The position numbers and the translations under genes are program-made. The notes below the pieces were generated by a model. That model saw only the letters and a program-made list of their open reading frames with translations. It ran no database searches and had not been told where the DNA came from. Shown piece after piece: positions 54,364 to 64,000 of a DNA stretch of 64,000 bases. The first letter of the stretch is position 1; each line of letters begins with the position of its first letter. The stretch comes from Podarcis gaigeae. Taxonomy: Eukaryota. Location of the stretch: assembly GCA_964106915.2 (NCBI GenBank), contig OZ066919.1, one strand, 5' to 3'.

Positions 54364-54508
54364 AGAATCACAGACTTGTAGAGTTGGAAGATACCACTAG
54401 GGTCATCTAGTCCGACCCCCTGCAATACAGGCATCTTTCACCCAATATGGCTCTCGAACCCACAGTCCTGAAATTAGGAGTCTCATGCTCTACTAACTGA
54501 GCTATCCC
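54364..54508 (-). mobile_element. tRNA-Lys-derived SINE with CR1 3' tail
   Basis: Minus strand GGGATAGCTCAGTTAGTAGAGCATGAGACTCCTAATTTCAGGACTGTGGGTTCGAGAGCCATATTGGGTG resembles tRNA-Lys(CTT) with A and B boxes. It is fused to GGACTAGATGACC...CTTCCAACTCTAC...TGATTCT, the CR1 3' end. Confidence 0.85.
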
Positions 54509-54550
54509 TCAGGTCCACTCAGTTTCCCCAAACCCTGTTAGAACAAATAC

Positions 54551-54940
54551 CCTTTTTAAATTATGGTGCCCAGAACTGGGGACAGTATTCCAGGCGTGGT
54601 CAGATCAAGGCAACATAAAGCGGGACATTATACTTTTGTTGATGCAGTCTAGAATAGCATTTGCTTTTTGTTGTCGTTGCATCACACTGTGGACTCATGT
54701 TAAGCTTGTGGTCCATCATGACATCTATATACCTTTTTCACATGTACTACTGGTAAGCCAGATGTCCCCCATCTTGTATTGGTGCAACTAATTCTTCCTG
54801 CATAAGTGTAGAACCTCAAATTTGTCCCTGTTGAAATTCATTTTGTTAGTCTTGGCCCAGTTCTCCAATCTGTTAAAGTATTATTGAATCCCAAATCTTC
54901 AGCAGCATTGGCTTCCTATCCCAATCTGGTGTCATCTGCA
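54551..54940 (-). mobile_element. CR1 LINE ORF2 (RT) internal fragment
   Basis: Minus-strand translation: ADDT...RLENWAKTNKMNFNRDK...YKMGDIWL..STCEK...DHKLNMS.QCDA...KANAIL.CIN...RP.LEYC.QFWAP, a canonical CR1 RT stretch. Confidence 0.9.
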
Positions 54941-57823
54941 TGTTGGATCCTAATAATCAGAGTATCATTTTCTAAGCACTCACAGACTGATCATTAATTA
55001 TATTTTCTAGTACCAGTTTACTTCAGAAGGGTCCGCTTGCTGCAATAACCAAACATTATGCTGTGATATTACTTATAACAGTTCTCCAGGGCTCAGATAG
55101 TGGAGTGACATTCCACATGATAATGTTACATGGTTTGTCAATGAAAGTCATGACTACTCTGTTGGGCTCATTTTTGTACATAAAAAGGAATGATTAAAGT
55201 CCAACAGATCCCTTGAATAGGTTTGTAACCAAATGGCTGTCTGCTATGCATTTGCATGGCCTTCTCAGTTCCATTAGATGTGTTCTCACCCAACCAGCCA
55301 CTTGAGCAGTTGTTCACAAACTGAATATTCCTGGATTAGACCCAATTTAATTTAGATGTGCTAATAGCAGTGTGATTGCTGCTTGAAACACAACAGTGCA
55401 GAGGCAGTTCCATGGGGTTAGCTGTTTGTTGGAGGCAACTTCCCATACAACTTTGGTAATTTCAACAATGCCAGTACAAATTCTGCACCTTGCATGATCT
55501 GGGCCTTAGTCAAGTGATTGCCAGCTCTCCATTAGACCTTGGCCAGCTCTTTCCTTCAGAACCTTAGCAAACGTGTCTCTCTCTTTACCATGGTTCTTGC
55601 CACTTTTGATCATTTCCTTCAAAGATATTACTTCACTGTTGGGTAATGTGTGCAAGCCAATAAAGGATATTAAATACACATGTGCTTATATAGTTATTCA
55701 CATAGGTTATTCTGGCGTACTGCATCTTACCACTATGTGTTACACTCAGCAGAGATAAGCATGTGGATTGTTTACACATGACAGAGCACCCAATTGCTCC
55801 TACACGGAATTGATATGTAAAATAATCTAGTGTGAAGTAGCCTTGGTTCTGCTCAGCTGCAGTCAGATTTTTAAAAATATATTGACACCTATAGCTAATA
55901 TGAAGAGTTTGTGCTTACTTTCTACAAGTACACCTTTGTATGGTTAATAACTTGTGATGACTAAGAGAATATACTATTTACTTAGTCAAAATTCTGAAAG
56001 CTGGCAAATAAACTAATTATTATATAGCAGTAATCAGCATATTTATTTGCAAATTTGGCATTTTTGTGAATGCACTGAGCAATTATCATTCATTTATCAG
56101 GCTATACTTGTTTCCATTACAGGACTGGTGGAATAGACAGGTTATTAATGGTACTTAAAAGTAAAACTCAGTTGTCACTCTTGTATGCTTCTACAAATAC
56201 CTTACACAGATAAGAAGCTAATTATAAACAACACCAGTAGTTAATAACTGCACAATATATTTGGGTTTTTCTCTCACATAGGTTACTTCTCCTTAAATGT
56301 CTTACCACTTACAGCTTTGCTATTTACAGCTAAACATTTTTATATGAAAGTATGTTCCGATTGATTATGCTAATATTTACTTGTAAGTACATAAGCTTCA
56401 GACTATAGTGCTGGGGAGATTATCAAGGCAATGACCGTATTGTAGGCAAAAATGTATTGTGTCGACATTTAAAATGCCTTGATCAGGCTCTAACATCCTT
56501 TTTTTTTTTTGCATTCCTGGACTATGGGCAGAATATTAAGAATCTTGATTTTAATGTTTTGAAAAATAAGTGTCTTAGTTTATTGCATTTGGGAGTGATG
56601 ATAAATTGTTAGTTCCAAAGCAGTGGGGAACCTTGTTGGCTCCATGGGCCAGATCCTTATCATGAGTCAAATTTAGCAAGTGGGTAGGGCCTCCTACCTG
56701 TCATTCACCTGGCATCACAATGACATCAGATGATTCAGTGCTATGAAGTCTCAAGGAAGCAGTTTCCAACCTGCTTAGGGCTGGGTTTGGGAACTCTCCC
56801 ATGTACCCAAATTGAGCAGGATTGACCCCTCCCCCACTCTCCTGCACCTCAGCTGTTCATAACAGTGTGAACAAACCCTGTGCAAGGCTTATCCTTCCCT
56901 CCTTCTCTGGCATGGTGACCAGGAATAGATTGGTAGCAACCACACATTTTCAGGTTTGAATAATCTAAAATTAATAGAAAAGTGTCTTGTTGCCCCCGCT
57001 CATCCATAGTGGATGGAGACAGGGCATGTGTGAGGCTGAGACATGCATAAATTCATTCCCATCACAATAACCCATGGTTTATGATCCCATCCAAACACAG
57101 CCACTGTAGCTACTTTTCTTCATACATGGATAGACTTCCATGGGTATCAGTAAACAAAGGGTCTAAAATAGGAGGCACAATGAAGAAAGAGGCAAACTTT
57201 ATTCTCAGATACAAGTTCTAGTATCTTCTGATACCACAGAGATCTTGCTTCAAACGTCAAATAAGAAAATCCTTACTGTGGCAAAATCCAAGAAGACTCG
57301 GTGTGAATTATCTCTATAAAGACTTCCGCCTGAGAGGAATTATGGCAGTTTATTACCACCACCATCCAAATGCAATAGATCTCTGATACAGAAAACAGCC
57401 TTCTCTGGCTCACTGAATAGGATGTTTAGTCAGGTAGCTTACCCTTGGGAGTTTCTGCTTCCTTTGTACATAGAAATGTGCAATAGACTCTATAAAGCTG
57501 ACAATAGATGTAATATCTGCTGACCCTGTCTTGGAAAGTGAATTCAATAGGACATTTTTCCTCCCAGCCGCAGTCTGTTCCTCATACTATAGCTCAAGAA
57601 GCTGAGGGCTCCTGGCTCTGCAATTCCCCACATTACTCTGCCAGAGTCCAAGTCGACTGACCTTCAGAGCTCAGCACAAGGGTTATCTTTCCTTTCAGGC
57701 TTTGCTTGAATGTTACATGAGGGAGGAATGTATGTGGCAAGTGATGAGTAACAGTCTTTCTGCGTTTCACCTCTGCATCGCTCAAGTTAAAAATCTTTTT
57801 GGCTTATGAAGTGAATTCGGAAT

Positions 57824-57827
<4 letters not shown>

Positions 57828-57877
<50 letters not shown>
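57828..57877. repeat. (GA)n microsatellite
   Basis: Direct reading. Confidence 0.95.
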
Positions 57878-57881
<4 letters not shown>

Positions 57882-59387
57882 TCCAAGCAATGATTTCCTT
57901 GCCTAGCCACACTATTTAGCAAAATCCTCAAAGTACTTTTCTGGCTCCCCAAAGAAGCTGCCTTTATGTCAAATTTGTTCTCTCAATCTTTTCCTCATTT
58001 CCCACAGAATTTGCTTTGCTTATCCAGTTCTATTCTGTGATGGTTTGTTAATGTGAAAGAGAGGGAGAACTATAAAACCTTACTCATAATGATCACGTAA
58101 TGACTTTGTTCCACGTAAAAGACCAGTCCATGTTAAAATGGAATGGAAAATCTTACTTGTAGCTGCTGCTGGTGCTGCTGTAATTGTTGTAGTAGTTCCT
58201 GCTGTTACAGTTGTTGTAGTTATAGTTGTTGCATAGACTAACAGTAACCTCATAAGTGGATCCTTACGTACTGAAATTCACACCAGCAACAGACAAGAGG
58301 GACGTGCCAGCAGACTCAAGGCATTTTTGGGCCGGGGCTACATAGTTCAATGAGGACTGAGCTTGCTATGGGCAGCTTAACTGACTTTGGGGCAGACAGG
58401 AATGGAAACGAGGCTAGAGGAGTGGGAAAGAAATGAAATGGGGTGAAGAGGAAATAGCTGGCTGGCTGGAACCCTAAAGGAGAGGACTCCAACCTGCAAC
58501 ACTTTGTACAAGGTGTTTTTACAGAGTAGCTATGAAATTAAACTACTTCATGGAATAAATGTCAGAACAATTCTCCTCCTCCCATACCACTGAAGCTTTG
58601 TAAAAATAAAAATGAAAATGGAGCCACCATGCAAACAAGTTATTGCTAAAGCTGAATTCTTAAGAAGGATGGAAATGGTTGGACTATACAACCTGCTCTA
58701 AAATACTTTACTTTTGCAGCTGGAAGTGACATAAGCAGAGTTCAGGCAACCCGCCTCCTGCACCCTGTGGCCACATCCTCCTCCATCCTCTCGTGAGGAG
58801 TTCTATGCACATACCAACATACATACCAACATACATACATACATACATACATACAGTTCCTCTATGCAAGAGGAGATCTTGAGGCAATCAGGATCCCCAC
58901 CTTTCATGGATGAGCTCCACAGGCATGTACATGCATAGTGCCCTTTTCACACACTGAGCATCTGTACTGTTGGCCTTTACAAATTGAATACTATGTTTGA
59001 ACACCCTGTTCACTTAGGCTCTGGTGTGACAAACTATAGGGAGACACTCTTGCACATATACACACACATGCTTAAGCTCTCATCCTCTTACATTTCTTTG
59101 TCCGTCGTCTCCAAAATAAATATGATGGATTATGGACTAGACTGTAGAGGAAGTGGGATTGTTGGCCTGGAGTTTCCGCATGCCACCAAAAGGTAAATGG
59201 AACTGAAAACACCAACAAGTTTTCAGCTAGTATACCTTACCTTCTCTCCCAGGCCTCTACTGGCCTCTGAGCACATCCTGCTAGTAGAAAGCAGGAGTTG
59301 ACTTTTGTTCCAAAGCACAGGGCTGGAAGGGTGGAGCAAAGCACTCAAGGGAGACAGAATATTAACAGGGCAGAAGAAGCAGAGTAG

Positions 59388-59648
<261 letters not shown>

Positions 59649-62600
59649 TAGAGTCACTCAGGTGGCTTTTTAGGGCTTCGAAGCTATCTTCCATGTATGT
59701 ATTTATTTAAAAATTATTAGACTGCGTTTCAGATTTAATATACGAGGTAGTGTGTGTGAGATTACAGAAGTTGAGTGCTTATGCAGCTGTAAATATTTTG
59801 GTAATATTCATTCCAGTATTTTAGGCAAGCATTTGTAGTGTTGCATTATGGTTTCCGTGACTCTCAAGGCTTCCTTATTCCAAAATAATACTGAGAATTA
59901 GGTTTGCTTGCTCCCAAAGAGTAGAATCCAGCAATTTATATTATGTTGTAAAATGACAGGTGGGAGATCCTTTCAAACTATTGTTAACGTGAATTGATTT
60001 TATTCTGTAATGGCTTTTTAATGGCATTGCAGGAGAGGTTGTTTTGTCGATTTAAATGTTGGAAAGTTTGAATGAAGTCTTTCTACGTCCCATTGATACT
60101 ATTGTTCCACTTCTGGATTTGTTAGTTACTTTAGTGTTTCCTGCTACATAAATATCTTACCACTTGTCACAAAATCTTTTGCCTCTTAAAGGAAATTATA
60201 TTATTACTTTTTAAAGTATAATTGCAGCTTATGGACAAAAGGCCCCTTGATTTTTTTCTAAGTGATTCTTTTGTTATTGTTATTTCTAATTTGCACACAA
60301 TTCTGAAATAAAGATGTTGATTTTGAATTTGTGAGCAAGCAAGCTAAAAGACAGTTATTCTAATAAATACTTGTCAAAGCAGTCCATTGTATTAAACCAG
60401 GGCTTGCTAATATGGTATCCATGGGTGCATGTGCAGCCACAGAGGCCTTCCTTTGTGCCAGCAGAGTCCCCTCCCCAACTGAAATTAGACTCGGGAGAAG
60501 TATTCTGTTGTAGCCAATAAGCTAGGTAGCATTGTGTTCTTGATTGTGGTGTGTGCATGTGGTGTCCACAACAGTTTCTGCTGTTCGTAAATGTGCCAAT
60601 GGACTCACAAATATTGGTGATCCCATTATCACTTCTGGTGCTACTCCATTCTCATGAAGCAGTTGCAATCTCTTAGGCCACCAATACCAAGAGAACTAAA
60701 TAACTTAGATCTTGCCATGTATTGTGGCAAGGTCTAAGTTCTTAAATTGCTGTTACCCTCTCTGAAAACATGTGGTGAAGGGTGGGTAATTCAAAGTATT
60801 CCTAGTAGTAGTAGTAGTAGTAATAAAAATAATAATGTGTTAATAGTAAAAGATGGAGGGAATGTAAGGATGAATGGTTGGGCTTAAGGAAGAGCACTTA
60901 CGTTTAGAAAAATAGGAAGGAGAATACTATAGTGCCTTTGTTTCATAATACAGTGGGGAAAGGAAAGGAAAGAATAAGGTGAAACGGGGTGCTGGAAGAA
61001 AGTAACTTGGCAAATTTCTAGTCATGAAAGTGGGGTTGCTGAAAAGGGGATAAAAGAAGGGAAGAGCTAATGATACAAAAGAGTATCAGAAGGTTTAGCA
61101 TGTAGAGATGGTAGGATGCATTCTAGAAGAGTGATGAAATCTAAACTAACTGCTCAGTTTGGCAAAAATGATTTAACAGAAGTCACCCAGCCCCCATCCT
61201 CACTTTGGCAAAAGCGACATAAGACATTTACAGCTGTTTTCTTGGGCAGGCAGAGTTCACAGGTATGAAAAGGTTTCCACTTACTTTAACAAAACCATAT
61301 AAAATATTGTATAAGCTAAAGTGCTTTCCCAGTTTCTCTTAGAAAGGAAGTTAAAAATCCCATTCATTCTCAGGCAGCCTGCTTTTCACCAAGTCATATA
61401 TGTCTTAAGATTATTTCAGTTTCATATTCTAGGCTGGAATGGGGAATTTCTGGATACTATTGAACTCCCCAGCCAACATGACCAATAGTTTGGGATGATG
61501 GAATCTGCATTATAGGGGAAACTCCCATAGGTGTTGCTTATGGGTGGTGGAGGTAGCCTGGATCTTAGGGGCTGTACAGGCACACCGGCAGACCCAACCT
61601 GGCATTTCCACTGGTTTTCCCACACAGCCCAGATTTCCACCACCTAGCCTCATTGGTCTCCTTTCCTATAAATGGCAGACATGCTACTGCCAGGAAGCTA
61701 GTGTTCTGGCTCTGATCCAATGGCCAACATACTTATACTCAAGGCTACCTCAAAACCACAGAGCTGTAACCTGTAGCAAATACATGCATAATATTGGAGA
61801 AATTATGTAGATGGCACCATGCTGAGAAGATAAACATGACTACCAGCAATTCCTGTTCATGTATCTACACATTCAGCCCCTATCTCCATGTCACATGCAG
61901 TAACACTGTTAGAATCAAAGTTTCACACTCCAGTCACTGCATTTTTCTCTGCTGAAGCATTATGCATCTGTAAACTTCCAGGCAAAATGCCCATAAGGAA
62001 GGGTTCTGCCCTACGGTTACTGCTACATCTGATGCAGTTTTTGCAAACAAGTGTGTGTTGCCTTATTTGTAGTTTGGGCATGATAGACCAAGCAAAACAC
62101 AGCATTAAATCCTTGCTCCTAATACTGTACTCATGGAGACTTGCATCCATTTACCTGCACTCCAGTGTGCTTGGGGAGCTCTCAGGCCTAAAAAGGCTGG
62201 AGTCTGCCAGAAAAGATGAATTTCCTTTCACCACAGGAAGACACAGGGAAGTAAAACAAAGCAGACACGTAGTAAATTATTCCTGCTTTTCAAATACCAC
62301 TTGCGGTATCCTCCTTACCATTACTTTATCTCAGCACTTTCATCACATAACTCTTGCTAACGGAGAACGAAGGAAAGAGGAGATAATGAGGATACTTGGT
62401 AAGGAAATCAAGCGGCGTCAGGCTTCAGTTTGTACTCTGGTGCAATTCCGCATAGGCTCCATTTTTAAACTAGTATAAACTGTTATACAGCCATAAATAC
62501 ACCTAAAAGCTCTTGGCTTTGGGATTTTGTTTTATTTTAATCTGCCATGATCAAATGCACTCCGTGAAGCTGAATGATATAAAACATTCTGCTTTCCCCT

Positions 62601-63175
62601 TTCCTTCTCTCTCTCTCTCTTTCTTTCTCTTTCTAACTGCATTCTGTAATCCAACACAGATGTGATGTCCTTTTTAACTTATGTGGCCCTTTTGAAGGCT
62701 GACATATAATGTAAGGTACTAGCTTCTCCTTTAGATATCTTTAAATTGATATATAGGTCAAACAGGCTGCTAGATATTTAACCTTAGAATTAATAATCTT
62801 CTCTCACTATTTCTCACCACAGATTAATATTTTCGTGTGGCTTTAAGCCTGCAAAATAGTGAGCCGACAGTGCTGATTAAAATTACGTTTTTTAAAATTT
62901 TTGAATATCTTTTTTTAAAAACCCTTTGTTATTTGATAGCAGCACAAGGGTATAACTGGTTGGGTTACCTGGCCTCCCACTCTCTTAACATTTCTCCCCA
63001 GTTTATTTTTGAATTTCAAGCTTTGAACCTGATAGGAAGAAAGTTGTTTTAAATTCTGTTAGGCTCTGGTCCCCAGATGAGCAGCAGTGGATATAAAAGA
63101 TTGTGATACAAGGCTCATGGAACTGGGATGGAATTCCAAAGATGAAATAAGAATTTATGATAGATACCCATTGCG

Positions 63176-64000
63176 TGTCGAGGTCCCCAAGCCACCCCCC
63201 AAAATAAATCACAATTCACACAGAACTTTGGTTTAAGGTTTTTGGCATAATTTTGGCCACAACTTTATTAAATACATAAATGTGAGTGGTTGCTTAGGCA
63301 CTGGTTACGACTATCTGTCCCCGCCCAGGGACAGAACTGACTTCCGCAACCCTGTGAAAGCCAGTAAGGGAAAACATTTTGGGGAGAAAATGGAGCTGGG
63401 CACCAGACCCTCACCTCTCCCCGCATGCTCCCAGGGACTTGCGCTGCCCAAGCCCCACACTAGGGATTCGGAAGAAAGCATGGTGAGCCCCTGGATTCCT
63501 TTAACGGAATTCCCTTGCAGCAGCAGCATTGGAGGGGCATGCACAGCCAACCCTTACCCCTCCATCAACTGATTTTTTAACCAATGCCAAACGGAACCTT
63601 ACAAGTTGTGACGATTTGCTACGCAGTAGGGAAAAACCAAATGGTACCAGCCAATCAGCCAAATGGACAAAATTCTTACCAGGCCCCTGCCCCAAAAGCA
63701 GATGGCCCCATGACAGGCATAGTAAGGTCAAATGCAAAAGCCCTCAATTAGGGAGGGTGGGCGGGTGATCCGGTGCACACAGCGAAAGAGAACACTCAAT
63801 GCTGCGTGCTCAGTATATAAAACCCTTGGTCCATCCCACAAATTGGCAACATCAAAATTTCCCCAACAATCCAACATAGCCCAATCACAGGCCTGGCCAT
63901 CTAAACGGTCCCACCCAGCAACCAAAAGGGGGTGTCCTGCTAGACCCCACTGCAACACGTGCTCTCCATGAAGGAGAACACGCTTTATCAAATGTGTTGT
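63176..64000. mobile_element. Possible LTR or other young repeat, truncated by the window end
   Basis: Abrupt switch to GC/CpG-richer sequence starting TGTCG; TTTATT at 63264 (AATAAA on minus, about 90 bp from the end); CCAATCA at about 63651 and 63881; TATATAAAA at about 63815. Second end and TSD not visible. Confidence 0.4.

Noticed and set aside
54437-54508. tRNA-Lys gene on the minus strand
   Set aside because: Acceptor and T stems are degenerate, the anticodon loop is mutated, and it is fused to a CR1 tail: a SINE head, not a tRNA gene.
58159-58236. Degenerate (GCT/GTT/GTA)n tract as a Thr/Gln-rich coding segment
   Set aside because: No splice signals or sustained ORF; a decayed trinucleotide microsatellite.
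61888-62478. Longest ORF (196 aa)
   Set aside because: No recognisable motif, no in-phase NFIA exon 7 sequence, composition typical of random intronic ORFs.

Overview
Vertebrate genomic DNA: AT-rich, CpG-depleted, with microsatellites and one 130-bp N gap. The window is an internal part of the Nuclear Factor I A gene (NFIA) on the + strand. Four short coding exons with canonical AG/GT ends and compatible phases (20903-20968, 42305-42379, 53323-53440, 59516-59643) splice into one 387-nt open frame, (D)[128 protein letters not shown](G). I recognise this from memory as the NFIA region after the DNA-binding domain (exons 3-6 in the usual numbering). The rest is intron: the end of intron 2, introns of 21336, 10943 and 6075 bp, and the start of intron 6. 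The introns carry a squamate-type repeat set (probably a lacertid lizard; inference from the repeat families): Tigger/pogo-like TA-flanked MITEs, hAT MITEs with 8-bp TSDs, L2, L1/Tx1 and CR1 fragments, tRNA-derived and MIR-like SINEs, and a possible LTR at the right end. Several repeat-free, motif-dense blocks look like conserved enhancers. I found no convincing new multi-gene system, and almost all ORFs in the supplied track are spurious. The best leads are post-transcriptional: a candidate 96-nt poison or terminal exon in intron 3, a cryptic acceptor upstream of exon 6 whose frame depends on a (TG)n tract, and inverted repeat pairs bracketing the frame-symmetric exons.
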